DNA from: an uncultured Gemmataceae bacterium | Lineage (GTDB): Bacteria > Planctomycetota > Planctomycetia > Gemmatales > Gemmataceae | DNA: 64,000 bases | Direction of reading: 5' to 3' | Assembly: GCA_963750165.1 (NCBI GenBank) | Contig: CAVVPN010000003.1 | Span: 2,144,001-2,208,000, forward strand | Shown here: piece by piece, positions 50,323 to 62,116 of the stretch | Position numbering within the stretch: position 1 is the stretch's first letter | Layout of the letters: each line of letters opens with the position of its first letter | Translations under genes and position numbers: made by a program | The notes under the pieces: model-generated | Databases searched by the model: none | What the model was told of the DNA's origin: nothing | The model's input: the letters and a program-made list of their open reading frames with translations, nothing else

Positions 50323-51341
50323 TCCTGCTCCGTCTGCTTGATGGCGGCGCGCAGGTCCGCGAGGCACTGCCGCACCCGTGCTCGGGGGTCATAGTCCTCG
50401 CCCGGCACCGGCAGCGTCTCGATGGGCAGGTAGCCGCGGTAGCCCGCCGCCCGGGCGATGCGCACGATCTTTTTCAGGTCCGTCGGCGTCTTGCCGCCCT
50501 TGCCGCCGATGTGCTGCTTGACCTGCCAGTTGACCGCGTACGGCGCCACCGCCGCGATGTCCTTGTACGGGTCCGGTGTCAGGAAATAGCCCGTGTCCAC
50601 GATCACGCCGCACCATTCCGAGTCCACCATCTTGATGATCTTGATCGTCTGCTCCGCCGTCTTGAGCATGTCGCCGTGGTTCTGGATGCCGATGATGACG
50701 CCGTGCTTCTTGCCGTGCGCAACGCATTCCTTCAGATCCTGCACCATCCACGCCGCCACCTCGTCCCAGGTGTGTCCTTCCGGCTGCGCCCCGGCGAAGA
50801 CACGCAGCACCGGGGCGCCCATCCGGGCGGCGACTTCAACCCACTCCTTGACGTGCCGCACGTCGGCGGCGCGCTTCTGCTTGTCCGCCTGCGCGAAGTT
50901 GTTCCGCACGCCAGTGCCGCTGATGTCGAGCCCCCGGACGAAGGCGCGACGCTTGAAGTCGTTGAGGTACTGCTCCGTGGGCGGTTTCGGGTAGCCGGGG
51001 AAGAAATAGCCCGTGGGGTCGATGGCGTCGAAGTTCAGCTCGGCACAGAAGTCGAGCAGCTCCATCAGGGTCATGCCCTTGCCGCGCTTCTTGAGGTGGT
51101 CGTTGAGCGTCTTGTTGAACGAGTAGAAGTTCAGGCTGGTCCGCAGCCGGGGGCCGCCGACGCGCTTGATCGGCTGCTGCGGCAGGGTCAGGGCGGCGCT
51201 GACCGGGAACTCGCGGCTGTCGGCCGGCGCGGTGCGTGCCGCGGGGCGGTCGGAGGCGCTCGGCCGCCAGGGGCGACAGCGGGACCAGGGCCGCGACGAG
51301 GCGCAAGCACCGGCCGCGGCGAGAACGTACAGGGGCTTCAT
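50319..51341 (-). CDS. Sugar phosphate isomerase/epimerase (xylose-isomerase-like TIM barrel); N-terminus probably frameshift-distorted
   Basis: SLNFYSF, DAIDPTGYFF, LRVFAG, GIQNHG, VDTG and YRGYLPIE. Confidence 0.88.
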   Translation of the reverse strand: MKPLYVLAAAGACASSRPWSRCRPWRPSASDRPAARTAPADSREFPVSAALTLPQQPIKRVGGPRLRTSLNFYSFNKTLNDHLKKRGKGMTLMELLDFCAELNFDAIDPTGYFFPGYPKPPTEQYLNDFKRRAFVRGLDISGTGVRNNFAQADKQKRAADVRHVKEWVEVAARMGAPVLRVFAGAQPEGHTWDEVAAWMVQDLKECVAHGKKHGVIIGIQNHGDMLKTAEQTIKIIKMVDSEWCGVIVDTGYFLTPDPYKDIAAVAPYAVNWQVKQHIGGKGGKTPTDLKKIVRIARAAGYRGYLPIETLPVPGEDYDPRARVRQCLADLRAAIKQTEQD

Positions 51342-51504
51342 GGTGCAATCTCCGCGGGCGATGGGTGTCGGACGCGACGCAGTGAATCGCACGGGTATGG
51401 TGAGGAGTGTAAGCCCGCGGCGCATCTAGTCAAGGCGGTGAGACGCCGCCGCGATATAATAGAGGGGAAACCAATCTGAAGCCGATTTCGGCGAGGATGT
51501 TCTG

Positions 51505-53055
51505 ATGAACCGCAAACTGTTTCTGCAGGTGGCGGCGCCGAACGTGGTGATCGGTGTGCTGCTGTTGACCGCGTGCCTGGTCGGGGCCTGGTTCACGGAG
51601 CGCACGCACCACAACCTCTCCCAGCTGCTGTCGAAGGAGGTCGCCAGCCTCCAGGCCGCCCAGGAACTGGAGATCCGCGTCCGTCAGTTGCGCTGGCGCG
51701 CCTTCCTCAACGTCATTGACCCGGGCCACGCCCGCGCCGGACCGGTCGCGGAGTCGGAGCAGCAATTCGAGCTGGCTCTGGATCGCGTCCGCAAGGCCAG
51801 CCACACGCCTGAGGAGAGCAAGGCCGTCACCGCCATCGCCCGCGGCTACAAACGCTATCAGCGCGAACTGGCGGACCTGCCCAGGGACTTCGCCCGCGCC
51901 GGCAAGCAGTCCGACCTGCACACCCTGGACGAAGACCACCCCATCCGCTACGTTGCCGACCCTGTCAGGGAGCTGATTCGCATCAACCGCGAGCAGATCG
52001 CCGAAACCGTCCAGGAGAACGACCGCGTCGGCGGCCTGGTGCGCCTGGCCATGATTAGCCTGGGCATCGTCGGCCCGCTCAGCGGCCTGGTGGCCGGCTA
52101 CGGCATCGCCCGCGGCCTGAGCCGGTCCATCTATCAGCTCAGCGTCCGCGTCCACGACATGACGCGCAAGCTCGACCAGACCGTCGGCTCCGTCACCATT
52201 CCCGCCGAGGGCGACATCAGCCACCTGGACAGGCAACTGCAATACGTCGTGCAGCGCGTCGAGCAGGTGGCCGAGGAGGTGCAGCGGCACGAGCGCGAGA
52301 TGCTGCGGGCCGAGCAGCTGTCGGCCGTCGGCCAGCTGGCGGCCAGCGTTGCGCATGAGGTGCGCAACCCGCTCACCGGCATCAAGCTGCTGGTCGAGGC
52401 GGCGCTGCGGCCGCGCAACCCGCAACCGCTCACGCAGGAGGATCTCGGCGTCATCCACGGCGAGGTCGTGCGCCTGGAGCAAACCGTGCAATGCTTCCTG
52501 GACTTCGCCCGGCTGCCGGCGCCACGGCAGGCCGTCTGTGACCTGCGCGAGGTCGTCGGCCAGGCGCTCGAACTGGTCCGCGCCCGCTGCCGCCAGCAGA
52601 ACGTCACCGTCGAGGTCGTCGCCCCGGACGCGGAGGTGCCGGCCGACGTGGATCGCGGCCAGTTGAGCACGGTGCTGGTCAACCTGTTCCTCAACGCCCT
52701 GGACGCGATGCCGCGCGGCGGCCGCCTGGAAGTGGGCCTGGCCGTGGCCGAATCGGAAGTGCGGCTGACCGTGGCCGACACGGGGCCAGGCATCGTCGCG
52801 GAGATGCTCGACCGCCTGTTCACGCCGTTCGCCAGCACCAAGCCGACCGGCACCGGTCTGGGGCTGAGCATCTCGCGGCGCGTCATCGAGCAGCACGGCG
52901 GCAGCGTCAGCGGCGCCAACCGCCCCGAGGGCGGGGCCTGTTTCGCCATCGTGCTGCCGGTCAGTGGTCCGTTGTCCGCTGTCCGTTGCCCGTTGCCAGT
53001 GGGCAGCGCTAAGCCGCCAGCGGCAGAAAAGTCCGTCCCAACAACTGGCGACTGA
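51505..53055 (+). CDS. Membrane sensor histidine kinase
   Basis: Two TM segments flanking a helical sensor; AHEVRNPL H-box, NLFLNALDA, DTGPG and GTGLGL. Confidence 0.95.
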   Translation: MNRKLFLQVAAPNVVIGVLLLTACLVGAWFTERTHHNLSQLLSKEVASLQAAQELEIRVRQLRWRAFLNVIDPGHARAGPVAESEQQFELALDRVRKASHTPEESKAVTAIARGYKRYQRELADLPRDFARAGKQSDLHTLDEDHPIRYVADPVRELIRINREQIAETVQENDRVGGLVRLAMISLGIVGPLSGLVAGYGIARGLSRSIYQLSVRVHDMTRKLDQTVGSVTIPAEGDISHLDRQLQYVVQRVEQVAEEVQRHEREMLRAEQLSAVGQLAASVAHEVRNPLTGIKLLVEAALRPRNPQPLTQEDLGVIHGEVVRLEQTVQCFLDFARLPAPRQAVCDLREVVGQALELVRARCRQQNVTVEVVAPDAEVPADVDRGQLSTVLVNLFLNALDAMPRGGRLEVGLAVAESEVRLTVADTGPGIVAEMLDRLFTPFASTKPTGTGLGLSISRRVIEQHGGSVSGANRPEGGACFAIVLPVSGPLSAVRCPLPVGSAKPPAAEKSVPTTGD

Positions 53056-53073
53056 CAACGAACCACGGACAAC
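52960..53073. repeat. Heptamer-based (TCCGTTG/CAACGGA-like) palindromic repeat overlapping the kinase 3' end
   Basis: GTCAGTGGTCCGTTGTCCGCTGTCCGTTGCCCGTTGCCAGT ... ACTGGCGACTGACAACGAACCACGGACAAC. Confidence 0.7.
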
Positions 53074-53090
53074 TCCGAAGGAGCTTCGCC

Positions 53091-54548
<1,458 letters not shown>

Positions 54549-54696
54549 GCGCGATCTATTTTTTACCACACGCTCATTTTTTCACCAAACCTACCAATTC
54601 CGCCCCGACCTTCGGCTGCTTTCCAGTTCAAATTATTTCTCTTTTTCCTTTATCTTGAAGCAGTGTTAAGGCAAACTGCCTACGGCAGACTCCGTT

Positions 54697-54712
54697 TGGC
54701 ACGGCACGTGCT
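54697..54712 (+). promoter_or_regulatory. Sigma54 -24/-12 promoter of the Gly/Met-rich gene
   Basis: TGGCACGGCACGTGCT: GG-N10-GC, one mismatch to TGGCACG-N4-TTGCW; AT-rich tract upstream. Confidence 0.85.
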
Positions 54713-54941
54713 TCAAATACATAATCCGAAAATTGATATTGCTGTTTACCTGGCTTATCCTCCGCCAGGAGGGGCACTGCTGTGCTCCGGTGCGAGTGGG
54801 ATCGCGGAATCGTCCAGCCGGGGATTTTGTGCGCGCATCGCGAACTCATCGTGGTTCAGTGCCGCGATGGCCATGCGCCGGTCAAGAGAAAATGCGGTTC
54901 GCAACCTGAACTGTTTTCCATCTTTTTTTCGAGGAACCACG

Positions 54942-56087
<1,146 letters not shown>

Positions 56088-56129
56088 CCGCTGACATGGA
56101 CCGCCGCAAAGAGCGGAGTCTCAGTTGCG

Positions 56130-56173
56130 AACCGCCCGTGGGAGGCGATGAAGCCACCACGGGCGGTTTTTTT
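56130..56173 (+). terminator. Intrinsic terminator
   Basis: AACCGCCCGTGG-loop-CCACGGGCGGTT followed by a T run. Confidence 0.85.
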
Positions 56174-56274
56174 CTGGGGTAGCAAACTCAGCTGGACCCT
56201 CTCTGCAGAATGCAAGTACCGAACTACGAGCAGCAGTTCCCTTCCTGGCACGTACCCGTTCGCGCCCGCAGCCG

Positions 56275-56572
56275 ATGTGCGCGCAAACCCTGACCCCGAT
56301 CACTCGTCACTGCCCCGCCGGCGGCCACCGGCTCTGGGCGGACTACCGCACCGTCTTGCCACACCCCGAGTTCGGTCTGGACGTGCTCACCCTCGTCGTC
56401 CGCCTCCGCCATGCCGAGCACCGCGTCGTCCCCGAGATCCATCAGGAGTGGATGCGGCGCGGCGGCGCCGTTGCGCAGCGCACCATCAGCAACCTCCTGG
56501 ACCGCTACGACGAACGCAAGGCCCTGTCCACCGCCGAGCCCCAACGCCTTGGGCCGCCGTTGCGCGACCAGG
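56275..56572 (+). pseudogene. Degenerate transposase fragment (ISNCY-like type seen in Gemmataceae)
   Basis: RHCP..G.RLWADY, then LP..EFGLDV..LV.RLR.AEHR.VPEIH, RTISNLLDRYDE; internally deleted and truncated. Confidence 0.65.
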
Positions 56573-56586
56573 TGCCGCCAGCTAAG

Positions 56587-56661
56587 GAGGCGCCGAACAA
56601 CAACTTCGTAGGACGGCTCTGGAGAGCCGTCCTACTCTTGGAAGTTGTTGTTCGGCGCCTC
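56587..56661. mobile_element. MITE copy 2 (75 bp)
   Basis: Same TIRs as 39351-39447; flanking direct repeat CTAAG (56582-86 and 56662-66). Confidence 0.9.
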
Positions 56662-56767
56662 CTAAGTTTGCTACCCTGGCGCGGTTCCCAGTTGCGGGGA
56701 CCACGAACGGCAGGCCAGTGCTCCCGAGCCGTCCTGCCAGCGGCGCGCACCGCTGCCAGGGGCCGAT

Positions 56768-56931
56768 TCTCGACGTGTGAAAAAGTTGGCGTTCTTGGCG
56801 TCCTTGGCGTTCTTGCTGTGGCAGCCGCCGGTGGTGGTCGCGCCGTGCCAGCCGTGCGGGGCAAGGGCGCCAATTCTCGACGTGCGAAAAAGTTGGCCCC
56901 CTTGGCCTCCTTGGCCCCCTTGCTGTGGCAG
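56768..56931 (+). repeat. Dispersed repeat copies 2 and 3, 107 bp apart
   Basis: TCTCGACGTGYGAAAAAGTTGGC(9-mer x3)TTGCTGTGGCAG at 56768-56824 and 56875-56931. Confidence 0.8.
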
Positions 56932-57103
56932 TGCAGGCCGCTGGTGGTCAGCCCGTGCCCACCGTCCCACCCCCATGCGCGATCCGTGCGTGAACCGCTC
57001 CAGTTTTTTCGGCGGCGCGGGAGGGCTGCCGTGGTTGCGGCCCGCGCCGCCGTCGGATACAACGGACGCAACCAATCGTTCGCCCGTTGCAAAGGATCGA
57101 CCG

Positions 57104-57511
57104 ATGCCGCTCCGGGATCATTTCCGACCCCCAATGTCTGAGCACCGTCACGGGGAGTCCTTTCACTCCCTCTGGACCGGGCAAATCGTGCGGACGTTGA
57201 ACCGGCGCTTGCTGCCCGCGGGGTATTTCGCCGAGAATATGGTGACCACCCGGCGCGCCAACCTGCACAATGAGTTGATGGCGTTCCTGGGCCATCCGCC
57301 GGAGTTTCAACTCCCGGCCGACGCGGGGGCCTACCCGACCGCGTACCGGCCTTCGCAACCGGCCGGCGTCGGTCAGCTTGAACTGTGGTTACACGCCCTG
57401 GCGGTCGGGCAGCGCCTGCCCATCCTGCCGCTCGCGTTGCGCGGCGGCCCGACGCTGCCGCTCGACCTGGAAGCAACCTACGCGGAAGCGTTACTGGATT
57501 TGCGACTGTAA
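57104..57511 (+). pseudogene. DUF4058-like gene, apparently internally deleted
   Basis: N-motif MPLRDHFRPP..ESFH..W..LN..LLPAGYFAE joined directly to C-motif TTRRANLHNEL..LP.LPL.L..LDLEATY; only 135 aa. Confidence 0.65.
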
Positions 57512-57547
57512 CGGAATCGACCCTTTCGTTTTTCCCGAGTCTCCCCA

Positions 57548-60175
57548 ATGAGAAAGCTCGCTGCCCCCGTCGCCGCCGTGGCCTGGCTAGCCGCGCTGAC
57601 CGTGCTGAACCTGCTCAGCCCACCGACGCCCGCCCGGCAGGCCCAGGCCGCCGTCCAGCTGGACCCGAAACTCCTCGACACCCTGACCGCTCGCCCCATC
57701 GGTCCCGCCAACATGGGCGGCCGCATCGTGGACCTCGCCGTCAACGACGATGACCCGGACCAGTTCCTCGTGGCCACCGCTTCCGGCGGCCTGTGGAAGA
57801 CCACCGACGCGGGCAAAACCTGGGCGGCCATCTTCGACCATGAGGCGACCGTCTCCCTCGGCGCCGTTGCCTGGTCGCCGTCGAACCGCGATGTGATCTA
57901 CGCCGGCACCGGCGAGGCCAACGCCCGCAACAGCGTCAGCTGGGGCGACGGCGTTTACCGCTCCGGCGACGGCGGCCGCACCTGGAAGCACATCGACTTG
58001 CACGATTCGCACCACATCGGCCGCATCGTCGTCCACCCGACCAACCCCGACATCGTGTATGTCGCGGCGCTGGGCCGCCTGTGGGGGCCGAACAAGGAGC
58101 GCGGCCTGTACAAGACCAGCGACGGCGGCAAAAACTGGCAGCTGTCGAAATTCATTGACGAGGACACCGGCTTCATCGACGTGGCGATGGACCCCAAGGA
58201 GCCGGACACGCTGTACGCCGCCGCTTGCTGCGTGCGCCGCGACGCCTTCTCCGGCGGCAACCCGGTGGTGCAGATCGGCCCGAACGCCGGCCTGTTCCGG
58301 ACCACCGACGGCGGCAAGCGCTGGGAGAAGATGGCCGGCGGCCTCCCCGACCGGCCGCTCGGCCGCTGTGGCCTGGCCGTGTACGCCAAAAACCCGAACG
58401 TCGTCTACGCCGTGGTGCAAACGGACCTCACGCCCGTCACGGTGCAGGGCCAGGGGCCCAACCTCAAAAAGACGCCAGACGCTGGCGGTGTCTTCCGCTC
58501 CGACGACCGTGGCAAAACCTGGAAGTTCCTCAATTCGCTGGTGCCGCGGCCGTTCTACTACGGCCAGATCCGCATCGACCCCAGCAACGACCAGCGAATT
58601 TATGTGCTGGGCGTGCAATTCCACGTCTCGAAGGACGGCGGCAAGACGTTCAGCGGCGGCGGCAAGGGCGGCGGCAAGACCGGCGCCCACCCCGACCACC
58701 ACGCGCTGTGGATCAACCCGCAGAACCCCAAACACCTGATCCTCGGCAACGACGGCGGCCTGTACGTCTCGCGCAACCAGGCCGCGTCGTGGACGCACCT
58801 CAATAACCTGGCGCTGGGCCAGTTCTACGGTGTGGCGGTGGACATGCGGCGGCCGTACTGGGTTTACGGCGGCCTGCAGGACAACGGTAGCTGGGCCAGC
58901 CCCAGCGCAACGCGCACCACGGCCGGCATCACCAACGCCAGCTGGATCAAGATCAACGGCGCCGACGGCTTCCAGGCCCAGGCCGACCCCACCAACAGCG
59001 GCTTTGTCTACGTCGAGGCGCAGTACGGCAAGCCGGTGCGCGTGAACATGAAGACCAACGCGAAAAAGGCGATCCAGCCCAAGTTCGGCCAGGAGGCGCG
59101 CTTCAACTGGAACGCCCCGATGCTGCTGTCGCCGCACAACCCCAAAACGCTGTTCTACGGCGGCAACTTCCTGTTCCGCTCGGACAACCGCGGCGACACC
59201 TGGGCCAAAATCAGCCCAGACCTGACCTATGCGAAACCGGGCCCGACCAAAAGCACCGGCCACACGCTGACGACCATCGCCGAGTCGCCGCTGCGGCCGG
59301 GTCTGATCTACGTCGGCAGCGATGACGGCCGCGTCCACGTCACCCGTGACGGCGGCAAGAACTGGACCGACCTCAGTGCGAACGTGCCGGGCGTGCCGAA
59401 GGACCGCTGGGTGTCGCGCGTCGAGTGCGGCTACCACGCCGAGGGCACCGCGTACCTGGCAATCAACCGCTACCGCAATGACGACCGCCGGCCCTACGTC
59501 TTCAAGACGACCGACTTTGGCGCCACCTGGAAACCGATCACCGCCAACCTGCCGGCGGAGGGTTCGGTCCACGTCATCCGTGAATCAGCACGCAACAAGG
59601 ACCTGCTGTTCGTCGGTACCGAGTTCGCGCTGTTCGCGTCGCTAGACGGCGGCGGCAGCTGGCACCGGCTGCGCGGCGGCCTGCCGACGGTGGCGATCCA
59701 TGATCTGGTCATCCACCCGCGCAAGCGCGAGTTGGTGATCGGCACGCACGGCCGCAGCGTGTACGTCATGGATGTCGCGCCGCTGGAGGGGTTGACGCCG
59801 AAGGTGCTGGCGCAGGCGACCGAGTTGTTCGAGGTGCGGCCGGCGGTGGCGTTCAAGCCGCGGGCCGTTGCGAAGCCGGGCGAGGGCAAGTTCGTGGCCC
59901 CGAACCCGCCTTACGGGGCTGTCGTCTGGTACTATCTGAAGACGCCGCCGGCACAGGCCGCCACGCTGACGGTGCTGGACGCCAACGGCAAGACGGTCGC
60001 GAAGCTGGCGACGGCGCAGAAGGCGGGCCTGCACCGGACCGTCTGGAACCTGCAGCCCGACGGTCAGCCAGGTGTGCTGGCGGCGCCGGGCGATTATCAG
60101 GTGCGGTTGCAAGTGGGTGACCGCGTGCTGACGCGGCCGTTGCGCGTCGAGGCTGAGGAAGGAGGAGCGCAATGA
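57548..60175 (+). CDS. Secreted BNR/Asp-box (VPS10/sortilin-like) beta-propeller protein, putative glycosyl hydrolase
   Basis: RPIGPANMGGRI; many S/T.D.G.TW boxes; YGGLQDNG, RFNWNAP and GTHGRS. Confidence 0.9.
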   Translation: MRKLAAPVAAVAWLAALTVLNLLSPPTPARQAQAAVQLDPKLLDTLTARPIGPANMGGRIVDLAVNDDDPDQFLVATASGGLWKTTDAGKTWAAIFDHEATVSLGAVAWSPSNRDVIYAGTGEANARNSVSWGDGVYRSGDGGRTWKHIDLHDSHHIGRIVVHPTNPDIVYVAALGRLWGPNKERGLYKTSDGGKNWQLSKFIDEDTGFIDVAMDPKEPDTLYAAACCVRRDAFSGGNPVVQIGPNAGLFRTTDGGKRWEKMAGGLPDRPLGRCGLAVYAKNPNVVYAVVQTDLTPVTVQGQGPNLKKTPDAGGVFRSDDRGKTWKFLNSLVPRPFYYGQIRIDPSNDQRIYVLGVQFHVSKDGGKTFSGGGKGGGKTGAHPDHHALWINPQNPKHLILGNDGGLYVSRNQAASWTHLNNLALGQFYGVAVDMRRPYWVYGGLQDNGSWASPSATRTTAGITNASWIKINGADGFQAQADPTNSGFVYVEAQYGKPVRVNMKTNAKKAIQPKFGQEARFNWNAPMLLSPHNPKTLFYGGNFLFRSDNRGDTWAKISPDLTYAKPGPTKSTGHTLTTIAESPLRPGLIYVGSDDGRVHVTRDGGKNWTDLSANVPGVPKDRWVSRVECGYHAEGTAYLAINRYRNDDRRPYVFKTTDFGATWKPITANLPAEGSVHVIRESARNKDLLFVGTEFALFASLDGGGSWHRLRGGLPTVAIHDLVIHPRKRELVIGTHGRSVYVMDVAPLEGLTPKVLAQATELFEVRPAVAFKPRAVAKPGEGKFVAPNPPYGAVVWYYLKTPPAQAATLTVLDANGKTVAKLATAQKAGLHRTVWNLQPDGQPGVLAAPGDYQVRLQVGDRVLTRPLRVEAEEGGAQ

Positions 60176-61803
60176 AGTCACGAGCAATTTACCCAGTCTT
60201 TTCCGCCGCTTGCGGCCTGGTACTCTTCCTGGGGCTGGTCCCGTCCAGTGCCCAGCAGGCCAGGCTCGCAGTCACGACACCGCCGGCCGAGGTTCCCGGC
60301 ACCCTGGTGATCTGCGGCGGCGGCAAGTTACCGGACGCCGTGCGCGATCGGTTCATGGACCTGGCCGGCGGTGCGAAGGCAAAGCTCGTGGTCATCCCGA
60401 CCGCCAGCGCCGCCGCGGACGGCCCCAACGCCGCCTCGTCACTGGAACCGTGGAAGAAGTACAAGCCGGCTACGCTGACGCTGCTGCACACGCGCGACCC
60501 GAAAAGGGCCGACGCCGCCGCGTTCGTCAAACCGCTGACGGCGGCGACCGCGGTCTGGTTCGGCGGCGGCGACCAGTCGAAAATCATGGCGGCCTACCGC
60601 GGCACCGCTGTCGAGCGTGAACTGCACAAACTGCTGCAGCGCGGTGGCGTCATCGGCGGCACCTCCGCCGGCGCCGCGGTCATGAGCAAGGTCATGATTA
60701 CCGGCGGCAACCCGAAGGCGACGGTCGGCACCGGCTTCGGTTTCCTGACGCACTTCGTCGTGGATCAACATTTTCTCAAGCGTAAACGTGAACAACGCTT
60801 GCTGGGTGTGCTGGCGGCCCACCCCGGGCTGGCGGGCCTCGGCGTCGATGAGGAAACGGCGGTGCTCGTGCGCGGCCGCGCCATCGGCGTGCTGGGCAAC
60901 TCCGTGGCGGTGGCGTGTCTGCCGGCGTCGTCGCGCAAGCCGGCGAGCCAGCAGACGCTGAAGCCGGGGGGGAAGGCGGACCTGATCGCGCTGAGCCGCG
61001 CCGCCATTGCGCGGGTGTCGCCGCCGTTCCCACCGGACAGGGCGGCGGTGCCGAACGTGCCGAGTGGTTCGCTCATCATCGGCGGCGGCGGCAACCTGCC
61101 GGACGCGGTGTTCCTGAAGTTCATCGAACTGGCCGGCGGTCCCGACGCACGCATCGTGGTGATCCCGACCTCGATGGAAGACCAACAGTTGCAGAAGGAA
61201 CCGGGCGAGGCGAAGCGGCTGAAAAAGCACGGCGCGAAAAACGTGGTGGTGCTGCACACGCGCAGCCGGGCCGAGGCGGACACGGCGAAGTTTTGCGCAC
61301 CGCTGGAGGGCGCGAAGGGCGTCTGGTTCTGCGGCGGCCGGCAGTGGCGCTTCGTGGATGCCTACGAGGGGACGCGGGCGTACCGGCTGTTCCACGACGT
61401 ACTGAAGCGCGGCGGCGTCATCGGCGGCAGTTCGGCGGGGGCGTCGATTCAGTCGGAGTACATGCCGCGCGGCGACCCGCTGGGCAACCTGAACATCATC
61501 GCCGAGGGTTACGAGCGCGGCTTCGGCTTTCTTCCGGGCGTCGCGGTCGATCAGCACTTCTTCAAGCGCAAGCGGCTGGCGGACATGACGGCGCTGATGA
61601 AGGTGTATCCGCAACTGCTGGGCGTGGGCATCGACGAGGGCACGGCGCTGCTGGTGCGCGGCGAGGTGATGGACGTGCTGGGCGTCAGCAAGGTCGCGGT
61701 GTACGACCGCACGCGGCCAGTGCCGAAAGGGCAACCGGACTACCAGGTGCTCACGGCCGGCGCCCGCTACAACCTGCGGACGCGGCAGACGCTGCCGAAG
61801 TAG
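60172..61803 (+). CDS. Secreted cyanophycinase-like protein with two tandem peptidase S51 domains
   Basis: Signal peptide; domain 1 GGGDQ/GTSAGA/VDQHF/GVDE; domain 2 GGRQ/GSSAGA/VDQHF/GIDE. Confidence 0.9.
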   Translation: MKSRAIYPVFSAACGLVLFLGLVPSSAQQARLAVTTPPAEVPGTLVICGGGKLPDAVRDRFMDLAGGAKAKLVVIPTASAAADGPNAASSLEPWKKYKPATLTLLHTRDPKRADAAAFVKPLTAATAVWFGGGDQSKIMAAYRGTAVERELHKLLQRGGVIGGTSAGAAVMSKVMITGGNPKATVGTGFGFLTHFVVDQHFLKRKREQRLLGVLAAHPGLAGLGVDEETAVLVRGRAIGVLGNSVAVACLPASSRKPASQQTLKPGGKADLIALSRAAIARVSPPFPPDRAAVPNVPSGSLIIGGGGNLPDAVFLKFIELAGGPDARIVVIPTSMEDQQLQKEPGEAKRLKKHGAKNVVVLHTRSRAEADTAKFCAPLEGAKGVWFCGGRQWRFVDAYEGTRAYRLFHDVLKRGGVIGGSSAGASIQSEYMPRGDPLGNLNIIAEGYERGFGFLPGVAVDQHFFKRKRLADMTALMKVYPQLLGVGIDEGTALLVRGEVMDVLGVSKVAVYDRTRPVPKGQPDYQVLTAGARYNLRTRQTLPK

Positions 61804-61951
61804 CGAGAACGCGGCAAGGACTGGTTGACGCCCCTGGGCCTGGTGCGATAGCGTTTTTCACAGCAAGCGAGCCAAGTTTTTCAGAAATCCGGTGAACGGG
61901 TACGAATGTTTGGCATTTTGGCAAGCCACCCCCAGGGTTCCGGAGGCGCGC

Positions 61952-62116
61952 ATGAGTGACTATCCTCCCGATGACCGACAAGGCCGCAAAGATGGCCCTG
62001 CTCCTTCCGACAAGGTGAAAATCCGCATTTCCGAGGAAGAACTTCAGCGCCGCCTGCAACCGAAGGGCGGGCGGACGTTGGCCGAGATCCTGGCCAATCT
62101 GGAACAGCGCACATGA
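61952..62116 (+). CDS. Small hypothetical protein (antitoxin-like fragment)
   Basis: GGAGG RBS; ISEEELQRR..GGRTLAEILANLE; ATGA overlap with the next gene. Confidence 0.5.
   Translation: MSDYPPDDRQGRKDGPAPSDKVKIRISEEELQRRLQPKGGRTLAEILANLEQRT

Noticed and set aside
56768..56931. Two repeats with a spacer, superficially CRISPR-like
   Set aside because: Only two imperfect copies, a repeat longer than typical, and no cas genes in the window.
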